The translations under genes and the position numbers were made by a program. From Stramenopiles sp. TOSAG23-2 (Eukaryota), in assembly GCA_900128395.1 (NCBI GenBank), contig LT649327.1, forward strand, positions 1 to 37,338: a stretch of 37,338 nucleotides of DNA, given 5' to 3'. This document shows positions 1 through 10,000 of the stretch, piece by piece. Under the pieces are notes generated by a model, which saw only the letters and a program-made list of their open reading frames with translations, searched no databases and was not told the DNA's origin. The first letter of the stretch is position 1. Every line of letters begins with the position of its first letter.

Positions 1-263
1 GTATTAGTTTGCAGAGGTGCATTAGAGCTTTACTATAGTAGGATAGCATATTATTATATATATTATTCTTGCGATTGAGTATTGAGCATATCATATTACT
101 TAGCACGAGAAGTGTAAAATTATTTATAACTTAGATTTTAACCATCATTTATATATATATATATGAGAGCGCTGAGCTAAGAGTCAATGAGAGGGTTAGA
201 GAGTAGGGTATAAAAATTAACAATAACCATCATTGACCAAGTCATTCATTTACTCTCTTTATG

Positions 264-452
264 AGACATCCATACCAAAAATGTGCTAGTTTTTTACATT
301 TTACGAATTTGGAAAAAAAAATTTCAAAAAAAGCTCTCTGTAGGAACATGGAAGCCCCGGGCTTGCATGTTCCTACAGAGCCCGATTTTTGACTTTTTCC
401 CGCATAAATCCGTAAAACGTAAAAAACTAGCACATTTTTGCCATGCTTGTCT
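264..452. repeat. Long imperfect palindrome (foldback, MITE-like)
   Basis: Outer arms CAAAAATGTGCTAGTTTTTTACATTTTACGAATTT (276-310) and its reverse complement (406-440) differ at 2 positions. Inner arms CTCTGTAGGAACATGGAAGCCC / GGGCTTGCATGTTCCTACAGAG differ at 1 position, centred near 358. Weaker pairing extends to AGACA...TGTCT. Confidence 0.85.
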
Positions 453-1328
453 ATTTTTGGCAAATGTGTCCATCAATATCTTTTATAGCCACTTCACATA
501 CATCATTATCATTATCAAAACGTACTAACAATTTTTTTTCATCGTTAAAAATATTTTCTACGACACCTTTGGATCCATCGTAACTTATACGACTGCCAAT
601 AGATGGCAATTTACCCTCTTGCATAAAAGGCGTTTGTAATTCAATTTCCTTGTCAAATGTGCTTTTTAAAGCACCATCTTCTATATTAATAAGATGTAAA
701 AACTCTTCCCCGTTGTCTGTTTAAAATATGTTTGGAAAACCTTTTAAATTGAAATGTCAATGTTTCAATATATATATATATATATAATGTATAATATGTC
801 TGGCCTAACTTGAAGTTAATAAATATATGCGTGTATATCCTGTTTATCGGGATAGCTATTATTAGATGGTAGACATATATAAAAAGACAACACATTTTTT
901 TTAACACAATGTAGTGTGTAACTGACGACAATTATATGATTTTGTGATTTTTCTTTAAGGTAGTTCTATAGATTAGTCCAAAATGTGCAAATCAAAAAAA
1001 AATTTTATAAATTATTATAAATACCTTAATAATAGAACTGAGATCCTCGTCTACGCGATAGCGAGTCGTCGTCTCAACTTAAACTTATCCGGATTATCTT
1101 TTTTTTTTTTTTTTTTATTATTTATTTTTACTGATGATAAATAGCATGCATATACCGTTGATTATGATTATTTATATAAATTTATTTATGCCAATAATAA
1201 TAAATATAAATATATATATAATTAATTACGGTGACATATAACATATAAATAGAAAAAGAGTGTATGGAAAGGGTAAATATTTAGATAATTTTATATATAT
1301 ATATTTATATAATACATTAAACAAAAGG

Positions 1329-4004
1329 ATGAAATTGGTTACACGAATTGCTAATGTAAATAGTCCAGTTATTTATGTAAAAGCTGGGCGTCAAGTTTCT
1401 GGAGCTTTAACCAAAACAGGACTATTATATACATGGGGTCAATTGGTTACACGAATTGCTAATGTAAATAGTCCAGTTATTTATGTAAAAGCTGGGCGTC
1501 AAGTTTCTGGAGCTTTAACCAAAACAGGACTATTATATACATGGGGTCGTTGTGGAAAGCATAATATGCTTGGATATTCTCCCTCGGAAGATGAAATGGA
1601 TGGTGATGAAGGTGAAACAAAGACGTCGCAGCCTATACCACGTTCTGTGCAAGCTTTAAAGCAGGTGGTTGCGTTTGATTTTGGTATTGACCATGCTGCT
1701 GCCGTGACGAAAAATGGTCAATTATTTACTTGGGGAGAAGGAAAATTTGCGCAACTAGGTCTGGAAGATTTAAACTCCCGTACATCACCATCTTTAGTAA
1801 TATTTTCTGATGGTGCAAATATAATTGATGTCGGTTGTGGCACTAGATTTACTATCTGTGTAGCGACATCAGGGAAAGTATATTCTTGGGGTGTTGGCAC
1901 CTTAGGGCAGTTAGGACATGAAGAAAAACGAAGACAACAACAACCAAAAGAAATTAAACGTTTGTCAAATATAACAACTGTTAGTTGTGGGCAAGATCAT
2001 GCTATTGCATCAGACAACAGTGGTGCTATCTATAGCTGGGGGCATGCAGAATATGGGTGTCTTGGTCGGAAGCCAAGAGATGGAAATCATATTCCTGGTA
2101 CAGTGGACATAGGTTCTACGGTCACAAGCATATCATGTGGCTCTAAACATAATGCAGTTATTGTTGAAGGTGGTATCGTATTTTCATGGGGACTTGCCGG
2201 TGATGGACGACTAGGCCTTGGAAAAGCAAATGACAAACCTTTTTATGAAACACCACAAAAAGTAAGCGGTGGAATCATAACAGAATATGGTGGGGCAACC
2301 TCTGTTTCTTGTGGGCATAAGCATACTGCATGTACTACTTTGAATGGGCATGAAATATTAGTATGGGGATGTGCTGATGATGGAAGATTAGGCGTAGTTA
2401 ACAACTCATCAAAAAGTATTAACGCAAAGTTTTCTTGCTCCAAACCTACAAAAGCAACACTAGCAGGTGAATCATGGTCATCCAAACCACATTTTGTAAG
2501 CGTTTCATGTGGAAACAATCATTCACTTGCAATTGATGCAGATGGTAATATGTATGCATGGGGATCCACGTTACCACAAAGTGATTATGGTCAATGTGGA
2601 CACGCAACTTCTTCCTCCGATGGTTTTTCTCAACAGAAAAAAACAGGAGAAGAGGAGAATGAATATCATGGAGGTTCAGATTCAGATAGTAGTGGTGTAG
2701 GAATTATGACACCCCGTCACTCTCGGCGTCCAAAACAATTATTAGTCCTTCAAAAACATGGTGGATCCGATCCACACCCAAGTCTCCATTCCCCAGCATC
2801 TAGAAAAGAACTAATTACTGCTTCATTTCATCATGACAACGATTCTGATTCTGATAGTAGCGGTGTTGGTGAACTTGGAGATGAACATAAGATTTCTACA
2901 ATGAAACGACCTACTCTTTTACGAGTCAGTAGTGATGGTGCCGATCCACACCCTGGTTTACATACTCCCACTATGAGACAACAAGATAATGGAAGCAATT
3001 TTGGCAATATGAATGATCCCATAGTATCAAGTGCAAATGAAAGTAATAGTGTTGCTGTTCTAAAGAAAGCTGTACATGCTTTGCAAAAGAAGCTTTCAAT
3101 ATCTAGTTTAAAGTTTGGACTTCGCTGCATGGTAAAAACATTAAATAAGCACCATACGATTCTTAAATCAAATGCATTACATCATTGGAGAATGATTCAC
3201 ACGATCAATGCTATTTCGGATGTTGCGGTTGGTGAAGTTTCCAGGGTGAGAGATGATCATGATCGCATAGCTCCTCTTTTATTTCGAAATGCATTTCATA
3301 CATGCTACATAAATTTATTGCGACGAGGTTTTAATAAACTTATGCAAAATTGGATGACTCATAATGCATTAGAAAAGACTTACGACGCTAGGAGACACTT
3401 AGAGGAAAAATTAGTACAATTAGTAAAAGATCAAGATCGTGCAAAGCAAAGATTGCATTATAATAGGGAAATATTACGAAGTAGATTATTAAAAACTAGT
3501 GTTAGATATGGGCGGGATAAAATTGTTGCTGTAATAAAAGGTCGGCACAAACATTCTGCAAGAAATGCATTTGCAAGATGGAAATTGCATTCTCAAGCAA
3601 AAGAACGCGCAGACTCATTGCGTCGTGGGCGATTAAAATTAAGAGTAAACATGGATAGAATTGAAATGGAGAGGGAAAAATTTGATATTGCACAAAAAGA
3701 ACTTGCTAGATCACGAAAAATGTTTGGTGTTTTCTTAGCATTTCATAAATGGCGTCAACATAGGCAAAGGCAAATGTATGCGGAAGATATCAAAAAAGTA
3801 TACGAGGAACGTGAATTTTTGAAACGGGAGTTGTCTATATTGTTACAGCATATGGAAGAATTAAAAGAAGCTCGAAATGCAACTCGAAAGACAACGTTAC
3901 AACGTGGAAGTGCAATGCTGCGAGAAGTGGAAGATCAAATTCAACAAGTAACTAGTGCGAGTGAGAAACGGAAAACAAGGATAGAAGCATGGATTCGAGA
4001 CTAA
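1329..4004 (+). CDS. RCC1/BLIP-II repeat beta-propeller protein with C-terminal coiled coil (~891 aa)
   Basis: First ATG in the ORF is at 1329. Repeated RCC1 blades, e.g. FGIDHAAAVTKNGQLFTWGEG..AQLG, CGTRFTICV..SGKVYSWGVG..GQLG, CGQDHAIA..SGAIYSWG, CGSKHNAVI..GGIVFSWG..GRLG, CGNNHSLAID..GNMYAWG. These are followed by a low-complexity linker and a helical tail. Confidence 0.9.
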   Translation: MKLVTRIANVNSPVIYVKAGRQVSGALTKTGLLYTWGQLVTRIANVNSPVIYVKAGRQVSGALTKTGLLYTWGRCGKHNMLGYSPSEDEMDGDEGETKTSQPIPRSVQALKQVVAFDFGIDHAAAVTKNGQLFTWGEGKFAQLGLEDLNSRTSPSLVIFSDGANIIDVGCGTRFTICVATSGKVYSWGVGTLGQLGHEEKRRQQQPKEIKRLSNITTVSCGQDHAIASDNSGAIYSWGHAEYGCLGRKPRDGNHIPGTVDIGSTVTSISCGSKHNAVIVEGGIVFSWGLAGDGRLGLGKANDKPFYETPQKVSGGIITEYGGATSVSCGHKHTACTTLNGHEILVWGCADDGRLGVVNNSSKSINAKFSCSKPTKATLAGESWSSKPHFVSVSCGNNHSLAIDADGNMYAWGSTLPQSDYGQCGHATSSSDGFSQQKKTGEEENEYHGGSDSDSSGVGIMTPRHSRRPKQLLVLQKHGGSDPHPSLHSPASRKELITASFHHDNDSDSDSSGVGELGDEHKISTMKRPTLLRVSSDGADPHPGLHTPTMRQQDNGSNFGNMNDPIVSSANESNSVAVLKKAVHALQKKLSISSLKFGLRCMVKTLNKHHTILKSNALHHWRMIHTINAISDVAVGEVSRVRDDHDRIAPLLFRNAFHTCYINLLRRGFNKLMQNWMTHNALEKTYDARRHLEEKLVQLVKDQDRAKQRLHYNREILRSRLLKTSVRYGRDKIVAVIKGRHKHSARNAFARWKLHSQAKERADSLRRGRLKLRVNMDRIEMEREKFDIAQKELARSRKMFGVFLAFHKWRQHRQRQMYAEDIKKVYEEREFLKRELSILLQHMEELKEARNATRKTTLQRGSAMLREVEDQIQQVTSASEKRKTRIEAWIRD
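1333..1548 (+). repeat. Exact 108-bp in-frame tandem duplication (36 aa)
   Basis: 1333-1440 is identical to 1441-1548; LVTRIANVNSPVIYVKAGRQVSGALTKTGLLYTWG occurs twice. Confidence 0.95.
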
Positions 4005-4631
4005 CATCTCTTGTTTTTATATAAAAATTTAATAAAGAAGGTTTTGGTGAAGCAAAATATTTTTTTTGTGTGTGTATATATATACATGTATCATATGCAT
4101 ATTATATACGAAGTATATATCATATATATCATACCAAAAACTGTACGAAGCACATATTTGTAACGTTCGTCTAACTTAGAAGAGTATGAGTCGTAATGTC
4201 TTAAAAACTTATTTTTTAATTTTACACTCATATGATACTCTCAATAAAGATTACGAATACAATATAACTGAGACAATAAATATCTATCCCACTAAACTGA
4301 AAGATATGCAATGAATGGTAACATTGCGATATAGAGTTTCATTGAAATCCACAGAGTGTGCCAAATATTTTTAAGATATACGAAGCTCGTACGAGTAAAA
4401 AACATTCATGGAGGTAAATAGATGCAATTAACACTTTAATGTTTTATACATATATAAAATATTTATTTAAATACTTCGTATGATATTTTAATATTTAAAA
4501 TAATATGAAAATATTGTCTGCTGTGGTCTCTAGATAACAATACATATAATATTCGTAATATATATTACGAAATATGTATAATTATTATTACTTATCAGCA
4601 TGCGAATTCTTCGTACGCACGTATTTTTATT

Positions 4632-5651
4632 TTATATGGCATTTATTGCATTAACATCTATAGTTGCACAATTTCTACCTTTAAACCCTCCGAAACATGC
4701 ACATGTACCAGTACTATGATCACAAATTCCACGATTTGAACAATCAACATGACACAAATTCCCAGATGCTCCTACATTTGTTGCTGACCATGTTCCGACA
4801 GCAGCTTCACAATGAGCTTGCGATGTTTCCCTGCCACCTTTAAGGATACTACCTGTACAGCCAGCAGCATCGGTACAGATTTTTTGTGTCGAACACCAAT
4901 ATCCTAACGTGGTGCATGCGGTACTTGTATAATAATGATTATTAGTACATGCTGTTGTAGCACCATTATCGGCTTTATTTTCACAATCTGTTTCTATCTT
5001 AGTTGTCATTGGGTCATCGCCCGAAGGACAACGAACTTGTTCGCAAGCAGGACCAAAATATTCAGCTGCCTGTGTTTCGCCAGAATCTAAACCTACCGCC
5101 CATGTAGAATCACAGTGGCAACCGGAAACTAAAGTGGCATCCCACGTTGTATCGTCTAAACCAGTATACGAACCAGCACTAGACGTCAAAGGAAATGCTG
5201 TATCAAGTAAAGCATATTCTCGCATTGTTAAACACTTCCCGTGACCGGAACATTGCAAGAAACATTCTACTCGATCACAAGCAGCGCCTGTCCATGGTGG
5301 AAAACATAGACATTCTCCCAAATCTCGTTGGCAAACGCCATTCCCAGAACATTCTTTCATAGAATGTGCTGCAATAGTACTAGTAGGTATACCAAACCAA
5401 CTTCTTCCACCAGGGCATGAACGCAAAGAGCAATCAGGTGTTTTATAGTCAGCAAGATCAGTAGTTGCTCCCCAACCTTCATCACAACTACAAATAAAGT
5501 AGGGGCTATTAGAGCAAACACCGTGACCACTACATCCATTTTGACAATCGGATATGGCTACAGTACTTTGGCTATTAACTACAATTATTTTAGTCAATAT
5601 TATCTGACTAATGAAAACATAAAACACTGTTTGAATTGTTGTACAATACAT
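4632..5651 (-). CDS. Secreted cysteine-rich EGF/tenascin-like protein, Sig1/Ocm-type tubular mastigoneme family
   Basis: Hydrophobic N-terminus. Motifs CQNGCSGHGVC, DCSLRSCP..W..AH..ECSGNGVC.R..GEC.CF...TGAAC.R..C, CSGHGKC, WD....GCHCD, CPSGDDP and CSNRGICDHSTGTCACFGGFKG.NC resemble stramenopile mastigoneme proteins. Confidence 0.75.
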   Translation of the reverse strand: MYCTTIQTVFYVFISQIILTKIIVVNSQSTVAISDCQNGCSGHGVCSNSPYFICSCDEGWGATTDLADYKTPDCSLRSCPGGRSWFGIPTSTIAAHSMKECSGNGVCQRDLGECLCFPPWTGAACDRVECFLQCSGHGKCLTMREYALLDTAFPLTSSAGSYTGLDDTTWDATLVSGCHCDSTWAVGLDSGETQAAEYFGPACEQVRCPSGDDPMTTKIETDCENKADNGATTACTNNHYYTSTACTTLGYWCSTQKICTDAAGCTGSILKGGRETSQAHCEAAVGTWSATNVGASGNLCHVDCSNRGICDHSTGTCACFGGFKGRNCATIDVNAINAI

Positions 5652-6514
5652 TTTGTAACTATCACAAAAATATGTTTAGCAAAAATAATTTGAATGTGGT
5701 ATACACACAAACAATACACAGAGACAATATGCTTGAACGATATCAACTACACTGCAATTTTAAATGCAATTTCTTTCCAGGACAACAAATTCTCAATCTA
5801 TACTAAGGTGACTTATACTATGAATAATTTCGAATATATATATACATATTATAATATATAATAACAGTAGTAGTATATTAATTATTACCTGGTACCTGCT
5901 GGCCTGGTACAACGTCTTGAGCAAAAAATACATTATAATACAAAGTCTGTATCTGATTCGCTAATAATAAAAAAGTTGGAATTTGGTATTAAAACCGTAG
6001 TATAATATCTTTAGTCAACATATTAATAGTGCTATATAGTATTAATAATTTAAATTATGTATGCGATTGTTATATACTAAGGGGAAAAAGAAACTTGTTG
6101 TAGACGACTGACGACTGTACTGTATAATATGCCTAAAAAACCTAAAACTGGATCTTAGCAGCAGTTATTTGTACCACAAGGTATTGCAGGCTTGGGCAGA
6201 GGCCTGTGGTATTACCTGTATACTGTATTTGCAACCAACAAACAACAGCACTCCAGCACTCGGCAATAAAGCAAATAAACAAGAAGTTGCAAAAGTAGTT
6301 ACTAGCTATAATAGCTAGCTAGACTTATTTTACTAAAAAAATTAATATGTTACCAATAGTGCAATAATAATGATGCATCTAACTGTTGGAAAATGTATAT
6401 AACGGCGAAGATATAAAATTATCCACAGTATATATGTATGTATGAAAATAATATTGAAGAACAGGAAATAACATACAACAACTGTCAGGGTATCTCGTCA
6501 TCAAATTGTTAAAT

Positions 6515-9310
6515 ATGAACGGGTATCAATATACAAATAGCAATCATTCTAGTATAGGAACTTATGCGCAACATCTTACAAGTCCACCAGGTTCCCCAAT
6601 AAAAGAATATGAGAGAAAGCAAAATGTATTATATGGGACTAGTCTAAGTCATTTATCCAAAACTATACCGGCAAAGGAGTACTATATGAGAAGGAAATTG
6701 AGGAAGAAAATACACAGACAATTCAAAGACGTTATAAATGAAAGACATGTTCCATACTTGGAACAATTTGATCACGGTGATGGACCAGAAAGAGTGGATG
6801 ACCAAAATTTTCGTCATAGTAAAGTCCAAAGAGACATGCTTACACTAATGAAACGCTGGGTACAGCGTACGTATACCAGGCAAGTTTGTGTCTTAGTTTG
6901 CCAATTTGACAATATTGATAAATATTTAATGGATTGTGGTATTGTTCACTACAATGCTATCACTGTGCGAACTAGGCAACTATGCCTACCAATTTTTAAC
7001 AAGTATAAAGCGTTATATATTACGACTAATTTGGATAGCTTCTCGGTAATATTTGACACTCCGGGACAAGCAGCCTGTGCTGCTTACGATGTAAAACACG
7101 TGTTGAATGCATATAAATATTCTCTAGAGGCTTCTCGTTCGCAATTTCAAGCACGTTTGAAACGTATAGGCATAGATATGGGAGGGGATATTATCATCGA
7201 TGCATTGGGGCAAATTCATGGTAAGCCAATGAGCAATGCTATTAAATACGTGGAAGGTCAGGTTAATAAACCATTTCAAGAAGGTCCTATATTAATGTCT
7301 CTGGCCCTAGTGAATAAAATTAATGGCATTCCTAGCTTTCAAAATGCTACGTTCACAGTATGTAAGGATTTAGAGTGTTTTGAGCTTGGTGGCGATATTG
7401 ACTACCAAAGTACTGTCGTTCCATATTCGGATATGCGATTTTTAAATCAAAACCTTCATGCATTTGCATTGCGAAATCAAAAAGGAATGGATATAGAGAA
7501 AGTTGAAAAGAACATAATGCTACATTTTGCTAAGAAAATGACGGTCTTGCATCTTAATATAAACGCACCTAATGAATTTTTAGGCAAATTTGGTGTAGAA
7601 TATGCTCTAATACACCGCATTGAAACACCCAAAATAATAGACAGCTGTATTCAAAAATATGATGTACAAGTCATTGCTGATGATATTTATGTATTTAAAA
7701 ATGCAACTGCTGCTGTACAATGTGTCAAAGATATGGTGGAAAGATTGGAAAAATGGAATAGCCAATGTAGAGATGAACGTAATGTACGAAGGATCACAGC
7801 ATATGGTATAGACACAAGCGTCTGTATACATGTACCTAACAGTGATATATACTGGGGAAAAGCGTTTGATGTAGCTAATTTAATTGGAACCATGAATCGC
7901 AATGGCGAAATATTGATTTCAGCGAACGTTTATTCCGATTTAGTTGATAGTGGGATGTTCCAGAGTTTACGTGCATTACCAACACGCATTGATACTTACT
8001 CTGAATCATCCCTATCGCTTTATTCTATATATTTTGTAAATATAGAAGAAGAGCAACAAAATAAATTAAATGATATTCGAAAGGGTAAAACCGTACGTTT
8101 TCATGATGGAAATCAAACACACGTGCCACAACAATTACAAAAACAACACCAATCCCGCCAGCCACAACCACTTTTAATGCCAAATGTAAAAAAAAAATAT
8201 GATATTAATAACGCACCTATATCAAGTCTTGGAGCAATTATTAAATCGGAAGGTGATTTTATCGGGACGGATTGGAGTAAAATTGTTAAAGATCGAGAGT
8301 TAGAAAGATATAGTACTAATAACACCATCGATGCTAGTTTTGATCCAAACAAATTTCAGTCGAGTTCCATGTGGGTACAAAAGACTATGGCTGAACGACA
8401 ACGTGAAGAGTACAATCGTACAAAAGCGGGTTTTGGAAGTTTAGGGAATCCAAATGATGTTTTAATGTATCAGACCTCTATGCGGGGAAGGCGATATGCA
8501 GATGTACCTCGTGGGAATGAAAAATTAGTACGAACACCTCAAAATAGATCTACAGCCAGATTCCAGCGACCTGTTGATACACAAGAAATTTTAAATTTAG
8601 GTGAGCAACCAAGTCCGTTAAAAACACGAAAATTGATAAAAGTGAAACCACATTACGATCCTGTTAGGCAGCAATATCCAGCATATTCACCGCATGCCCC
8701 TAACGCTTTAAATACAGAGAAAACTTCAACATTTGAAAAAGAGTTAAAAGTTCGTAACAGACCGATCGCAGTGAAAGGAATGCACCGCAAGAAGAAAGGA
8801 GTTTATAGTCCAAGACAAGAAGATGCACTGGATTGGAAAGATACTACGTCTGGAGGCGTAAAAAGCAATTTATATAATTATGGAAAAATAGCTCCTGAAG
8901 TTGTAAGTCCAAAATCACCTAGAGGATTGGAACAAAATGCAGGGAATGGGATCAAAGAGTTATTTGTAAGCTACAAAGACTGGAGTGATAACAAACTACT
9001 AGAACCTCTACCTATGAGGCGTTTTGATGGTTCCGGGCGTGAAATTGTGCAAAAAGAACATGAAACATACAACAGGGTTTTTCAACGTCATATGGAGAAA
9101 GGCGCAGAAAGTATTGCGCAAGATCAAGAAAAGCAAAGGGCGCTAAAGGCTGCCAAAGCGAATCTGGATTATCAACTTACTCATGAAAATAAATATAATG
9201 TGATCACATTGAAAGATCGAAAGACAGGAGAAATAGACAGCTCGTATACCAGGACAAAAGGTGTTAGAATTGTGAAAAGGTTGGATCAAAGTAGTTTGAG
9301 TTTGATGTAA
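6515..9310 (+). CDS. Protein with two degenerate class III nucleotidyl-cyclase-like domains and a disordered C-terminal tail
   Basis: Long ORF with ATG at 6515. Two segments (about 6870-7300 and 7530-7945) follow the cyclase pattern: VLVCQFD..., LDSFSVIFDTPGQAACAA, IGIDMG, HGKPMSNAIK, GPILMS; and TVLHLN..., DDIYVFKNATAAVQC, YGID, DIYWGKAFDVA, GEILISANVY. The CDS itself is confident; the domain call is moderate. Confidence 0.6.
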   Translation: MNGYQYTNSNHSSIGTYAQHLTSPPGSPIKEYERKQNVLYGTSLSHLSKTIPAKEYYMRRKLRKKIHRQFKDVINERHVPYLEQFDHGDGPERVDDQNFRHSKVQRDMLTLMKRWVQRTYTRQVCVLVCQFDNIDKYLMDCGIVHYNAITVRTRQLCLPIFNKYKALYITTNLDSFSVIFDTPGQAACAAYDVKHVLNAYKYSLEASRSQFQARLKRIGIDMGGDIIIDALGQIHGKPMSNAIKYVEGQVNKPFQEGPILMSLALVNKINGIPSFQNATFTVCKDLECFELGGDIDYQSTVVPYSDMRFLNQNLHAFALRNQKGMDIEKVEKNIMLHFAKKMTVLHLNINAPNEFLGKFGVEYALIHRIETPKIIDSCIQKYDVQVIADDIYVFKNATAAVQCVKDMVERLEKWNSQCRDERNVRRITAYGIDTSVCIHVPNSDIYWGKAFDVANLIGTMNRNGEILISANVYSDLVDSGMFQSLRALPTRIDTYSESSLSLYSIYFVNIEEEQQNKLNDIRKGKTVRFHDGNQTHVPQQLQKQHQSRQPQPLLMPNVKKKYDINNAPISSLGAIIKSEGDFIGTDWSKIVKDRELERYSTNNTIDASFDPNKFQSSSMWVQKTMAERQREEYNRTKAGFGSLGNPNDVLMYQTSMRGRRYADVPRGNEKLVRTPQNRSTARFQRPVDTQEILNLGEQPSPLKTRKLIKVKPHYDPVRQQYPAYSPHAPNALNTEKTSTFEKELKVRNRPIAVKGMHRKKKGVYSPRQEDALDWKDTTSGGVKSNLYNYGKIAPEVVSPKSPRGLEQNAGNGIKELFVSYKDWSDNKLLEPLPMRRFDGSGREIVQKEHETYNRVFQRHMEKGAESIAQDQEKQRALKAAKANLDYQLTHENKYNVITLKDRKTGEIDSSYTRTKGVRIVKRLDQSSLSLM

Positions 9311-9489
9311 AGTGTAGGTATTGGTGCGAAAAATATACGAAGTATAATAATATATTTCTCAGTGTTAAAAAAAAGGTGTTAGAATTGTGAAAAGGTTGGA
9401 TCAAAGTAGTTTGAGTTTGATGTAAAGTGTAGGTATTGGTGCGAAAAATATACGAAGTATAATAATATATTTCTCAGTGTTAAAAAAAA
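9256..9489 (+). repeat. Exact 115-bp tandem duplication spanning the stop codon and 3' UTR of the cyclase-like gene
   Basis: The unit AAAAGGTGTTAGAATTGTG...TTTCTCAGTGTTAAAA starts at 9256 and again at 9371. Confidence 0.95.
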
Positions 9490-9755
9490 TTAAAATTTTT
9501 TAATATTTTTTTTGATGTATTAATATGGATATGCATACGAATACTCGTATCATACGAGTATCATATATATATTATATATGTGCATATATATATTCATATA
9601 TATATCATATATATCATATATATACGAAGTACGAATATTAAAAAATATCATATATGTATATATTATATAACATATGAGTAAGAGAAAAACACATATATAT
9701 ATATACGTATTTAAAATTATGATATTATTTTTATAAAAAATGATATATACGCGTA

Positions 9756-10000
9756 TATATATTTGTTATTTGTATTTCTGCACACACTACTTTGAAGAAT
9801 CTTTCAAAGTTTTCTCTATTTGTCTTGCTTCCAATTATATATATTACATATTATATATATTTATGAGTAAATAAAATCTTTTTAAATTTTAAGTAAGAGA
9901 ATTTTTTATATATTTGTTATTTGTATTTCTGCACACACTATGATACTTTGAAGAATCTTTCAAAGTTTTCTCTATTTGTCTTGCTTCCAATTATATATAT
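9756..10000. repeat. ~90-bp direct repeat duplicating the stop and 3' UTR of the LicD-family gene
   Basis: 9756-9844 matches 9907-10000 except for a 5-nt indel; the copies are separated by an AT-rich spacer. Confidence 0.9.

Noticed and set aside
185-215. Telomere-like GGGTTAG/TAGGG words
   Set aside because: Isolated words, not a tandem array.
242-528. Overlapping ORFs 242-463(-) and 283-528(+) with similar translations
   Set aside because: The similarity is a by-product of the DNA palindrome; there are no protein features.
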